Below, one piece after another: positions 18,743 through 29,842 of a stretch of DNA of 64,000 nucleotides. Made by a program: the position numbers and the translations under genes. Position 1 is the stretch's first letter. Every line of letters begins with the position of its first letter. Source of the stretch: Arenicellales bacterium (GTDB taxonomy: Bacteria > Pseudomonadota > Gammaproteobacteria > Arenicellales > JAJDZL01). The stretch lies in the NCBI GenBank assembly GCA_965214875.1, contig OZ243980.1:2200009-2264008 (forward strand), given 5' to 3'. Below the pieces are notes generated by a model. That model did not search any database, was not told the origin of the DNA, and saw nothing but the letters and a program-made list of their open reading frames with translations.

Positions 18743-20047
18743 TTACCAGTACCTGATAGCGTTTTCGTAAATCGACGATAAGCCCTGCTCATCGATTGCG
18801 CACGGCATATTGTTCAGCAGCCTTTTTTGCTTGTATGCACCTCGGCACAACCCGTCTATATCATCATTGCTGTAGCCGATATCCGATAGCCCATTCGGCA
18901 TGCCGGTCGCCTTCATCATCGATATCAAAAGCTCGGCAAGAATATCGCCAGCATCGCATAGATCTTTGTTTTCCACCAGTCCGCCCAGCAATCGCACTCC
19001 CTCAAGATGACGGTTTGCAAAAGTGGATGAGGTAAACGCAAAAGCTGCTGGCGCATTGACGATGACCGATATGCCATGGGGTACCATGGCGAGATCTTGC
19101 GGATAGCCTTTGGCGTGATAGTCTCGGACCATCCCGGCAACCGAATAGGACATCGCATGGGGCAGATGCACCCCGCTGTTGCCGAAGGCAACACCCGCCA
19201 AAGTCGCGGCAAGCATCATGCTGTGCCGCGCTTCAGTATCCGAAGCATCGTTTGCAGCGCGAACAAGATAGGCCCCGCACAGTCGCAACGCCTCGCGACA
19301 GCCGATGTCGCTATACGGATTTGAACCCTGGCTCAGCGGGCGCGTCGCAGCATCGCTGCGCTTGCGCGCGGTATACGGCCTGGCCGTATAGGATTCAAGC
19401 GCATGAGAAAGCACATCGAAACCGCTTGCGGCTACAACTTGCTGAGGCAATGTCGCAGTAACCGACGGATCAATGACCGCCCTCGACGGCTTCAAATGGG
19501 CAGACGCTATGCCGGTCTTTGCCTGCATCGAAACGAAATCGAATACCGCAATGCCAGTACACTCGCTACCTGTGCCCGACGTTGTTGGACAGGCGATGTG
19601 CGGCATCAGCGGTCCTGGGACCGCCACGCCCTTGCCAACCGGAGCGTTGACGTAGTCAACAAAATCCGCCGGATGCGTACTATACAGATTCGCCGCCTTG
19701 CAAGTATCGATGACCGATCCGCCGCCGATCGAGACAAATCCGTCAAAGCCCCCTGCCGTGGCGAATCGGCTCGCCTCTTGAAACGAGGCATCGGTTGGTT
19801 CAATGCTGACATCGTCGTAAACCTCAAAACCGATGCGGCGACCTAAAACCGCTTTGATCGCCCCTTCTACCGGTTCCAAGCGACGAACGACCGGATCGGT
19901 AAAGATTGCCACTCTCGACATGCCAAGCTGCGCCATCTCGCAGGGCAGTTCGTCCAATGCGCCGACACCGAACTTGATCGGATTAAAATCGACCGTGAAG
20001 ATCGATTCGTTTCCGTCAGTGAACTGATAATGATGACAGCAGACCAT
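18743..20047 (-). CDS. Iron-containing alcohol dehydrogenase (hydroxyacid-oxoacid transhydrogenase-like)
   Basis: Fe-ADH family blocks GGGSVIDTCKA and HAMSY/HG metal-ligand regions. The start was moved to ATG 20047 (MVCCHHYQF...) to remove the overlap with metY. Confidence 0.85.
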   Translation of the reverse strand: MVCCHHYQFTDGNESIFTVDFNPIKFGVGALDELPCEMAQLGMSRVAIFTDPVVRRLEPVEGAIKAVLGRRIGFEVYDDVSIEPTDASFQEASRFATAGGFDGFVSIGGGSVIDTCKAANLYSTHPADFVDYVNAPVGKGVAVPGPLMPHIACPTTSGTGSECTGIAVFDFVSMQAKTGIASAHLKPSRAVIDPSVTATLPQQVVAASGFDVLSHALESYTARPYTARKRSDAATRPLSQGSNPYSDIGCREALRLCGAYLVRAANDASDTEARHSMMLAATLAGVAFGNSGVHLPHAMSYSVAGMVRDYHAKGYPQDLAMVPHGISVIVNAPAAFAFTSSTFANRHLEGVRLLGGLVENKDLCDAGDILAELLISMMKATGMPNGLSDIGYSNDDIDGLCRGAYKQKRLLNNMPCAIDEQGLSSIYENAIRYW

Positions 20048-20085
20048 GGTCGCAAAGCTCCGAAGTTCGATTTGGTGAAGATCGA

Positions 20086-21869
<1,784 letters not shown>

Positions 21870-21936
21870 GGCTGCCGCTACGCGTCGCGCTTGACTGGTT
21901 GATCGGCAATTGTATTGCAATGCATCCGCAGTGCCG

Positions 21937-22509
21937 CTATGGGCGGTCCTCAAGCCGGCCAAGCTCGAAGAACTCGCCGCCGCTCCAGACCCCGAACATC
22001 AATTCGTCATCTATCTCGCGCTCGACACCTAGCTCGACCAGATGATAGTAGACGCTTCGCGCTATCAGCCCCATCAAACCGCTTCGGATCTCCACGTATG
22101 GGCTTGGCTCTCCGGATTCAGATGCCTCCACGGTAATCGGATGACCGCTGCCAGCCAATACGACATCGTCAGTCTTGGTGCGGAAATAAAGATTCTGCCG
22201 CTCGTCGCGGCCAGTTTCTTTCAGCTCGACAACCAGAAAAGGCGCATCTTCCACTTCGATGCGCAACTTTTCAACCGGTGTAACTAGGTAATGCTCGCCA
22301 TCTGGGTCTTTTCGCAAAACGGTGGAAAACAGTCGAACAAGCCTCTTGCGACCGATTGGCGACCCCATGTAGAACCAAGTGCCATCTCGCGCGATTCGAA
22401 TATCAATATCGCCGCACAGTTCGGGTTCCCATAGATGAACAGGCGGCAAGCCGCGCTTGGATATCTGCGCAAAGATATCTTCTGGCCTCATGTCCGCATC
22501 AATCGCCAT
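21937..22509 (-). CDS. DUF1285-family protein
   Basis: PPVHLWEPELCGDIDIRIARDGTWFYMGSPIGRKRLVRLFSTVLRKD matches my recollection of the DUF1285 signature. Confidence 0.65.
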   Translation of the reverse strand: MAIDADMRPEDIFAQISKRGLPPVHLWEPELCGDIDIRIARDGTWFYMGSPIGRKRLVRLFSTVLRKDPDGEHYLVTPVEKLRIEVEDAPFLVVELKETGRDERQNLYFRTKTDDVVLAGSGHPITVEASESGEPSPYVEIRSGLMGLIARSVYYHLVELGVEREIDDELMFGVWSGGEFFELGRLEDRP

Positions 22510-22975
22510 TCGGAGCTATCACAGGTCGCGGGCGACCATTGCCATCAATGGCGACAAAAGTGAATGTCCCCGCCGTCACGCGCTCAACCGTCTTGGTAAA
22601 CCGCCTTCTCACCCAAGCCTCGACACGGACTGCGATCGAAGTAGTGCCGATTCTCTCAGTCTCGCAGTAGCACGTCACCACATCGCCCACAAACACCGGC
22701 AGTTCAAATGTCATGGCATCCACCGCCACGGTTGCAACACGCCCGCCAGCGGCATCAAGCGCATGGATTCCACCGGCAATGTCCATTTGCGACATGATCC
22801 AGCCGCCAAAAATATCGCCGTTGGGATTGGCGCTTGACGGCATGGCGACAGTTTGCAAAGATACGGTCCCGCTCGGATTCGAAGACGAATCCGGCTTGGC
22901 CGACGAGCGCAGCGCATCGGCACTTCGAGCCGCCTCATTCGTAGCTTCTGGCATCCTCGACAACGACACCGTCAT
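22499..22975 (-). CDS. Hotdog-fold acyl-CoA thioesterase (YciA-like)
   Basis: LQTVAMPSSANPNGDIFGGWIMSQMDIAGG...TVAVDAMTFELPVFVGDVV parallels E. coli YciA. The start is ambiguous (ATG at 22975 or 22954; the track gives 23047). Confidence 0.8.
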   Translation of the reverse strand: MTVSLSRMPEATNEAARSADALRSSAKPDSSSNPSGTVSLQTVAMPSSANPNGDIFGGWIMSQMDIAGGIHALDAAGGRVATVAVDAMTFELPVFVGDVVTCYCETERIGTTSIAVRVEAWVRRRFTKTVERVTAGTFTFVAIDGNGRPRPVIAPNGD

Positions 22976-24176
22976 TCGCGATGGTTCCGGGCTCAACGAA
23001 TTGGACATCGCCGCGAAGCTTGCATACATCCCGTATGCAGTTTGCAATCGCTTCGGCCAATGGGGCTGACGGCGCGGCAGTCTCGCACCTGAGCGTCATC
23101 ACATCTTGATGGTCGACGCTCGTGACGACCAGGCGCATCCGCAAAACTTCTTCAAACCGCCTCTCGATTTGCGCAATCTGAACCGGATGCACAAACATTC
23201 CGCGAACCTTCGTTGCCTGATCGGCACGGCCCATCCACCCTCGAATTCGCATATTGGTTCTGCCACAAGGGCTTTGGCCAGGCATCAGCGCCGACAAATC
23301 GCCCGTACCAAATCGTATCAGCGGGTAATCAGGATTCAGCGGAGTCACGACGACTTCGCCAACTTCCCCTTCGACAACCGGATCGCCGGTGCCCGGCTTG
23401 ACGATCTCCAGAATCACGCCCTCATCGACGATCAAGCCTTCCATTGCCGGAGATTCATAGGCAATCAGACCCGCATCGGCCACCGCATAGCACTGCAAGA
23501 TATCGACATTCATATCGCTGATCGCAGATCTCAAAGATGGCGCAAGCGCTTCGCCAGACACGATTCCTCGCTTCATCGAAGTCACATCCGCACCTTCCTT
23601 GGCGGCTCGATCGAGCAGTATCCTCAAAAAGGAAGGCGTGCCCGCGTATGCCTGCGGCTGCATTCGCTGCATTACCTGCACCTGATGCTCGGTCTGGCCG
23701 ACCCCGGCGGCAATCACCGAACAGCCAAGCGCCCTCGCACCGCTTTCCATCATTGCGCCTGCAGGCGTCAAGTGATAGGAGAACGAGTTGTGAACGCGCA
23801 TGCCAGAGCGAAAGCCGGCAGCGTACATGGCGCGGGACAGTCGCCAAAAATCGATGCGCGTTGTCTGAAATTCAAATACAGGGCCGGGCGAGGCAAAGAT
23901 ATTGACCAGCGGATGATCAGTCACTGCGTCCAATCCGGCAAAGGGCGGGCTTTTCTTTTGCAGTTCCAGCAAGTCAGACTTTCGAATCACTGGAATCGAT
24001 GCCATATCTTCTCGCGAACGAATCGAGCCAAAATCAATTCCCGCGAGCTGAATATTCTTCACATGCAGCGCGTGCTCATTGGCATGCCGCAAATGGTCGG
24101 CCAGCGCCGACATCAATTCAGCCTCGCGAACTTGCGGGTCGCGAGTTTCTAATGGATCAAGGTAAGATGATGTCAT
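22935..24176 (-). CDS. Phenylacetate-CoA ligase family protein (PaaK-like)
   Basis: 413 aa, a short adenylate-forming enzyme with C-terminal GRADQATKVRGMFVHP. This type typically accompanies LIV-like ABC clusters. Confidence 0.75.
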   Translation of the reverse strand: MTSSYLDPLETRDPQVREAELMSALADHLRHANEHALHVKNIQLAGIDFGSIRSREDMASIPVIRKSDLLELQKKSPPFAGLDAVTDHPLVNIFASPGPVFEFQTTRIDFWRLSRAMYAAGFRSGMRVHNSFSYHLTPAGAMMESGARALGCSVIAAGVGQTEHQVQVMQRMQPQAYAGTPSFLRILLDRAAKEGADVTSMKRGIVSGEALAPSLRSAISDMNVDILQCYAVADAGLIAYESPAMEGLIVDEGVILEIVKPGTGDPVVEGEVGEVVVTPLNPDYPLIRFGTGDLSALMPGQSPCGRTNMRIRGWMGRADQATKVRGMFVHPVQIAQIERRFEEVLRMRLVVTSVDHQDVMTLRCETAAPSAPLAEAIANCIRDVCKLRGDVQFVEPGTIANDGVVVEDARSYE

Positions 24177-24292
24177 GACTCGTCAATCGCCGCAAATGCC
24201 GGCAACCGGCAAAGCCTCTTCATACGCCTGTTCAGAGTGGCAAATCAAAACCTGCAACTCGACCATCGAGAAGTAGCCGGCAACAGCAGAGC

Positions 24293-25135
24293 TCAAGCAA
24301 GCCACCGTTTGCGCCGGCGGTAGTGCTTCACATCCCGGAAACTTTTTCGATTCTCCCCGCTAACTCCAAGATAAAACTCTTTGACATCCTCGTTTTGCAA
24401 TAGATCGGACGCATCGCCGTCCATCACCACTCGCCCGTTTTCAAGAATGTAGCCATACTGCGAATATCGAAGCGCCATGTTGGTGTTCTGCTCAGCCAGC
24501 AAGATGGTCACTTCCTCGTTTTCGTTCAACTGCTTGATGATTTCGAAAATTTCTTCAACCAGCGTCGGTGCAAGCCCCATAGACGGCTCGTCAAGCAGGA
24601 TTGCCGAAGGCTTCGCCATCAGCGCACGCCCGACTGCCGTCATCTGCTGCTCCCCGCCCGAGATATAGCCCGCCTGCCCGCTGCGACGCTGTTTCAAGCG
24701 TGGAAAATACGAATAGACTTTCTCAAGATCAGCCTGGACCCGAGTACGCCCGTCGCGCCTGGTATAGGCTCCGGTCAACAGATTCTCTTCGACTGTCAAA
24801 TGCTCGAAGCAGTGGCGTCCTTCCATCACTTGGGTCACGCCCCGCACCACTAGATCAGATGGCGTCAGAGCATCGACTCGTTCGCCGCGGTAGACGATCG
24901 AGCCTTTGGTAACTTCGCCGCGCTCAGTGCGCAGCAGATTCGAGATTGCCTTGAGGGTTGTCGTCTTGCCGGCCCCGTTGGCCCCGAGAAGGGCAATAAT
25001 GCCCTTCTCGGGCACTTCCAAAGATACGCCCTTGAGAACGAGTATGACCCGGTCATAGATGACCTCGATGTTGTTGACGCTGATCAGCGGCTCTTTTGCC
25101 ACCGGATCGGTCGCAACTGCGGCCGTTTCACTCAT
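24293..25135 (-). CDS. ABC transporter ATP-binding protein, LivF-like
   Basis: Walker A GANGAGKTT, signature ISGGEQQM and Walker B ILLDEPS. Confidence 0.9.
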   Translation of the reverse strand: MSETAAVATDPVAKEPLISVNNIEVIYDRVILVLKGVSLEVPEKGIIALLGANGAGKTTTLKAISNLLRTERGEVTKGSIVYRGERVDALTPSDLVVRGVTQVMEGRHCFEHLTVEENLLTGAYTRRDGRTRVQADLEKVYSYFPRLKQRRSGQAGYISGGEQQMTAVGRALMAKPSAILLDEPSMGLAPTLVEEIFEIIKQLNENEEVTILLAEQNTNMALRYSQYGYILENGRVVMDGDASDLLQNEDVKEFYLGVSGENRKSFRDVKHYRRRKRWLA

Positions 25136-25170
25136 ATCGGTCGAATCTCGAATTCCGAATGACCGCAGAC

Positions 25171-26511
25171 CTACCCGCAGTCCGACCCCATGGATTCGCC
25201 GGAACGAGGCGTAATGCCCTTCTCTGCCGCATAGGCCATTGAGGATTCCATGATCATCGGCGCAACAATGTCGCTGTCGGTCTCGATCCAGTCAGTCACT
25301 TCGACCCACTTGCCGCCATCCCACCGGCTGAATTTGACCGGGCCGCCGCCTTCATGGTCGGCACAAGTGATAGTAAGCGGCGCCATCAATCCCTCAACTC
25401 CGAGTTCCCTGATGCGCTCTGCGGTGATGTTCAGATTCTCAAGACCCCAGCGCATTTCCTCGCCGGTCAGCACCTTGTCGCCGAACTTGCCATGCGCGGT
25501 TCGGATTGCTTCGGTTGTTACGACTCCAGCGACCACGCCGCGGTTCCAGTAGATGGTTCCAACCCGTTGCGGCGAGATGTTGCCTTGGCCTGCGCCATGA
25601 ACGATGTCAAGAATCTCTCCAGCCGCCTGAAAGTTCTTGCCGGAGGGGTGGAAGCCGGCTGCAACATAGCCGACCGCAGCATCGCCTGCAGGAATAACAT
25701 CTTCTTCTGCGCCGCTCCACCAGACACCGACAATGCGGTCAGCCGAGAAACCCACTCGCGCCGCCTCTTTCAGCGCTGTTGGGTTCATGACGCCCCAGCC
25801 ACGCAAAATCACCCAGTCGGGCTTATAGATGCGAGCTATGTCCAGCCACGTAGCTTTCTGATCAAGGCCGGGATGCGGAACCGGATAGTGCTTGACTTCG
25901 AAACCGTACAGTTCGGCCTGCTTGTTGAGCACCGGTCTGGTCTCCTTGCCGTAGCTGCTGTCGTGATACAGATTGGCGATCTTCTTGCCGGCCAGCTGAT
26001 CCATGCCGCCTTCTTGCATGCCGATGTACTTGATCTTCGCGGTATTCTGACTCCAATAGTTGGTGATCAGCGGGAATACCCAAGGGAACACCTTGCCGTT
26101 GGTCGCGTCTGTGCGACCGTATCCCATGGTGATCAAAGGGACATTGTCAGCCGTCGCCCGTTCGATCAAGCGATAGGTGATGCCGGTACTCAGCGGATGC
26201 ACCACCGTGGCACCATGCTCGCCTTTGTTTTTCAAACGCTCGTAGCACTCTACACCACGATCTGAGTTATAGGCGGTTTCGCATTCTTCCCAAACCAGCT
26301 TCACGCCATTGATTCCGCCATCGCGCAGATTCAGCAACGCCATGTAGTCCAAAAATCCGCCGAAGAAACCCGAACCGCCGGCGGCGTAGGGTCCGGTGCG
26401 GTAGACAAGTGCAGGAATGAACTGCTCTTTATCCTCCGCCTGTGTTACCGAAAACGGCAAAAACGCCATAATCGCGGCGGTCAGCGCCAACACGGTAGAT
26501 CTGATATTCAT
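25171..26511 (-). CDS. Periplasmic substrate-binding protein (type 1 PBP, LivK-like family)
   Basis: A signal peptide and 446 aa. It sits between the permease and ATPase genes of the LIV-type cluster. Confidence 0.8.
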   Translation of the reverse strand: MNIRSTVLALTAAIMAFLPFSVTQAEDKEQFIPALVYRTGPYAAGGSGFFGGFLDYMALLNLRDGGINGVKLVWEECETAYNSDRGVECYERLKNKGEHGATVVHPLSTGITYRLIERATADNVPLITMGYGRTDATNGKVFPWVFPLITNYWSQNTAKIKYIGMQEGGMDQLAGKKIANLYHDSSYGKETRPVLNKQAELYGFEVKHYPVPHPGLDQKATWLDIARIYKPDWVILRGWGVMNPTALKEAARVGFSADRIVGVWWSGAEEDVIPAGDAAVGYVAAGFHPSGKNFQAAGEILDIVHGAGQGNISPQRVGTIYWNRGVVAGVVTTEAIRTAHGKFGDKVLTGEEMRWGLENLNITAERIRELGVEGLMAPLTITCADHEGGGPVKFSRWDGGKWVEVTDWIETDSDIVAPMIMESSMAYAAEKGITPRSGESMGSDCG

Positions 26512-26632
26512 ACGATTACCTCGCTCTATCTTGGTTAGTCTTCAATTAATGCGTCTTCCCGCAAGTTTATCACAGCGCGGCAGTCCGTCTTCATCGTGCG
26601 AATGCGCGATACGCATCCACTAGCCGCTTTCG

Positions 26633-27760
26633 CTAATACGGAAACGGCCATTGACGCATTTTTTCCTTCGCAATCTGCCATAGCCGGGCAAGACCAAGCG
26701 GTTCGACTGCGAGAAAGAAAATAATCGTCCCGCCGTACACAATCAGCTCCAAATTCGCCAGCGTCGCCCCTGACAATGTTCCTTCGCCTAAATTCGATGC
26801 GATGATGTTCAGTACAATAGGCAACAAAGCGATAAAGGCGGCACCCAAAAACGCACCCATGATCGTGCCAAGACCGCCGATGATGATCATGAACAGAATG
26901 TTGAATGAACGAATCAGATCGAATGCCTCGGTATCCGCATTGCCCACATAGGTGAAAACGTAAAGCGCGCCGGCAACTCCGCAATAAAACGAACTGACGG
27001 CAAAGGCAAGCAACTTAGTGCGAAGCGGGCGAATGCCGATAATTTCAGCAGCGATATCAAAGTCTCTGATCGCCATCCAGGCGCGGCCGGTCATGCCGCG
27101 GACAATATTCTTGGCAAGCAGCGCCAGAACCACGACAACCGACAGCGTGACAAGATACTTCGCCTCCGGAGTCGCATTGGGACCCGAAATGGTAGCGTTG
27201 ATCGGAGCTAGAAAATCCAGCGGTCCGCCAGGTTCTGCGAGTTTGCCGAACAGCGTAGTCGCTGGCGCAGATGCGACGCCCGCCGGGTCATAGTTGGTGA
27301 ACCAGCCGACATGATCGAAAATCCATAGCAAAAAGAACTGCGAAGCCAGCGTCGCCACCGCTAGGTAAAAACCTTTGATCCGAAGGGACGGAAGACCAAA
27401 AATGATACCCACCGCCGCCGCCATCAATCCGGCTAGAATGAAGTCCACTACCAGCGGAATTTCCGGCACGCGCAAAACCAGGTTGTAGCAGCCGAATGCG
27501 CCGACAGCCATAAAGCCGCCCGTGCCAAGCGAAAGCTGGCCTGCATAGCCTGTCAGCAGATTCAGCCCCAAAGCGGCCAGACCAAACACCAGCAGCTGCG
27601 TCAGAATCGGCCCCATCAGGTAGTGGCTGCCCGTTGCCGGCGGCACCACGAACGCAATCACCAAAAGCAGCATGACTCCGACCCGGTCGTTCGAAATCGG
27701 GAAAATCGCCTGATCTGCGCGATAGCTGGTCTTGTATTGGCCTACTTCACGATAAAACAT
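26633..27760 (-). CDS. ABC permease, LivM-like
   Basis: Polytopic membrane protein of 375 aa with LivM-type blocks (GQLSLGTGGFMAVGAF). Confidence 0.85.
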   Translation of the reverse strand: MFYREVGQYKTSYRADQAIFPISNDRVGVMLLLVIAFVVPPATGSHYLMGPILTQLLVFGLAALGLNLLTGYAGQLSLGTGGFMAVGAFGCYNLVLRVPEIPLVVDFILAGLMAAAVGIIFGLPSLRIKGFYLAVATLASQFFLLWIFDHVGWFTNYDPAGVASAPATTLFGKLAEPGGPLDFLAPINATISGPNATPEAKYLVTLSVVVVLALLAKNIVRGMTGRAWMAIRDFDIAAEIIGIRPLRTKLLAFAVSSFYCGVAGALYVFTYVGNADTEAFDLIRSFNILFMIIIGGLGTIMGAFLGAAFIALLPIVLNIIASNLGEGTLSGATLANLELIVYGGTIIFFLAVEPLGLARLWQIAKEKMRQWPFPY

Positions 27761-27787
27761 CGAATGCGCTCCTCGCTAGCAGCAGAG

Positions 27788-29005
27788 CTACACGCGCTCA
27801 ATTATTTTTTCGCCGAACAGTCCTTGAGGGCGAAACATCAAAAAGATCAGCCCAAGCATGTAGGGTGTCCAGTTCTCAGTGCCGCCTCCGAAATAGCGGA
27901 TGCCGATGAATACCTCGAACAGCTTTTCAGTCGCGCCAACGATCAGCCCTCCGACAATCGCGCCCGGAATCGAAGTAAATCCACCAATGATGATGACGGG
28001 AAGCGCCTTGAAGGCCAGCAGCGCGATGCTGAACTGCACGCCGAGCTTCGAACCCCACATCAATCCGGCGACCAAAGCCACGATGCCGGATGCAGCCCAG
28101 ACCACCGTCCAAATGTTCTTTAGCGGGATGCCGACACTCAAAGCTGCCTGATGGTCGTCGGCAACCGCGCGAAGCGCGCGACCGACACGGGTCTTTTGAA
28201 AGAAGATCGCAAGCGCGGACACCAATGCCGCGGCGATCAGCGCCGCCACAATGTCGAACTGGCTGATGTAGATGCCGTAGAAATTGAACGGCACATCCGG
28301 AATTCCGATATCCAGCGCATGAACATCTGCGTCCCAGACACCCTGCGCAATGCCTTCGATAACGAAATTCAATCCAATCGTCGCCATGAAAAGAATGATT
28401 GGCTCCTGATTGACCATCGGCCGCAGCACCATGCGCTCGATCGCCATCGCCAGCGCGACCACTACTGCGAGCGTCACCGCAAACGCGCGCCAGGCGACCG
28501 CGCCGTCTGCGAACATGCTCAGCAGCGCCAAGCCGAGCAGTACGCCGATCGCCCATTTCGGGTTGCGAACACCTGTAGTCAGCACCAGGAATATCAAAAG
28601 CGTTACAAAGATGCCGCGCCACATGTTGTGGGCACCGTCGGCAAACGTGGCAAGAACGATGACCAAACCGGCTGCGATATAGATCGGCAGCCGGCCGAGA
28701 TGCTTCTCGGGGAGCATCTTCACCGACGCGACCTTGCCACCTTTGGTAATGAAATAGATTGCGCCGGCCGAAGCCGCAAGAAACAAGGCAAGCCAGCCGG
28801 TCCAGGTCCAAAACTCGCCGGTCAGCTCAGTCAGCAGCACAAATGTGAGCGCGCCGAACAGCACCAGTGCGCCTTGTGCGAAGTTGAAGATCGAAGACGC
28901 CTTGTATATGAGCACAAGCCCGAGCGCAACCAGCGAATACATGATGCCGGTCAGCAAGCCGCCGACTAGCACCTCAATGAAAAACAGAAAATAAGCCAGG
29001 TCCAC
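27788..29005 (-). CDS. ABC permease, LivH-like, with an extra internal hydrophobic segment
   Basis: N-terminal GLLTGIMYSLVALGLVLIYKASSIFNFAQG is typical of LivH. At 405 aa it is about 100 aa longer than classical LivH. Confidence 0.85.
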   Translation of the reverse strand: MDLAYFLFFIEVLVGGLLTGIMYSLVALGLVLIYKASSIFNFAQGALVLFGALTFVLLTELTGEFWTWTGWLALFLAASAGAIYFITKGGKVASVKMLPEKHLGRLPIYIAAGLVIVLATFADGAHNMWRGIFVTLLIFLVLTTGVRNPKWAIGVLLGLALLSMFADGAVAWRAFAVTLAVVVALAMAIERMVLRPMVNQEPIILFMATIGLNFVIEGIAQGVWDADVHALDIGIPDVPFNFYGIYISQFDIVAALIAAALVSALAIFFQKTRVGRALRAVADDHQAALSVGIPLKNIWTVVWAASGIVALVAGLMWGSKLGVQFSIALLAFKALPVIIIGGFTSIPGAIVGGLIVGATEKLFEVFIGIRYFGGGTENWTPYMLGLIFLMFRPQGLFGEKIIERV

Positions 29006-29017
29006 TTTAGCTGCTCC

Positions 29018-29839
29018 TCACTGTGCGCCAAGGTATGCTCGAATCACATCCGGATTGTTGCGCACGTCGTCTGGTACGCCATAGGCGATCTCCTCGCCAT
29101 GATCCAGCACAACGACATGGTCGGAAATGCCCATGACAACACCCATGTCGTGCTCAATCAGAACCACAGTGGTGCCAAACTCGTCATTGACATCGAGAAC
29201 GAATCTAGCCATGTCCTCTTTTTCTTCCAGGTTCATGCCCGCCATCGGCTCGTCGAGCAACAGTATTTGCGGCTCCATCGCCAAAGCACGCCCGAGTTCG
29301 ACTCGTTTTTGCAATCCATAGGGAAGCCGACCGACCGGCGTTTTGCGAATGCTCTGGATTTCGAGAAAATCGATAATCTCCTCGACATGCTCGCGCTGGC
29401 GGGTTTCTTCCTCAATGGCGGGAAAGTAGAACGCTTCCTTAAAGATGCTGCTCTTCACCTTGACAAGCCGTCCGGTCATGATGTTGTCAAGCGTGGACAT
29501 GCCTTTGAATAGCGCGATGTTCTGGAATGTTCGCGCAAATCCCATGCGCGCCACGTCGGCTGGCGATGCGCTGGTGCGGTCGCCGCCATCAAATCGAATC
29601 GATCCAGCATTGGCCTTGTAAAATCCGCTAATCACGTTCAGCATGGAAGTCTTGCCGGCGCCATTGGGACCGATAATCGAAAAGATCTCGCCACGGTAGA
29701 CTGAAAAGCTGACATCCTGCAACGCCTTTACGCCACCGAAACTGACGCTGACGCTATCGACTTCGAGGATTATCTCCGAAAACGTTCGCTGAGCCTGGGG
29801 GCTCGTTTGCGGTGTTTGCGCGTCAGCCACTTGCGCCAT
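29018..29839 (-). CDS. ABC transporter ATP-binding protein, LivG-like
   Basis: Walker A GPNGAGKTS and Walker B LLLDEPMAG, with a LivG-type C-terminus. Confidence 0.9.
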   Translation of the reverse strand: MAQVADAQTPQTSPQAQRTFSEIILEVDSVSVSFGGVKALQDVSFSVYRGEIFSIIGPNGAGKTSMLNVISGFYKANAGSIRFDGGDRTSASPADVARMGFARTFQNIALFKGMSTLDNIMTGRLVKVKSSIFKEAFYFPAIEEETRQREHVEEIIDFLEIQSIRKTPVGRLPYGLQKRVELGRALAMEPQILLLDEPMAGMNLEEKEDMARFVLDVNDEFGTTVVLIEHDMGVVMGISDHVVVLDHGEEIAYGVPDDVRNNPDVIRAYLGAQ

Positions 29840-29842
29840 CGT

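Noticed and set aside
23106-24152. Long antisense ORFs over bona fide genes: 23106-24152, 25354-26265, 27927-28811, 28151-28969, 29807-30679, 36517-37098, 49836-50576 and 408-1040.
   Set aside because: Each lies fully inside a gene with clear family motifs on the other strand, and each has biased, motif-free composition.
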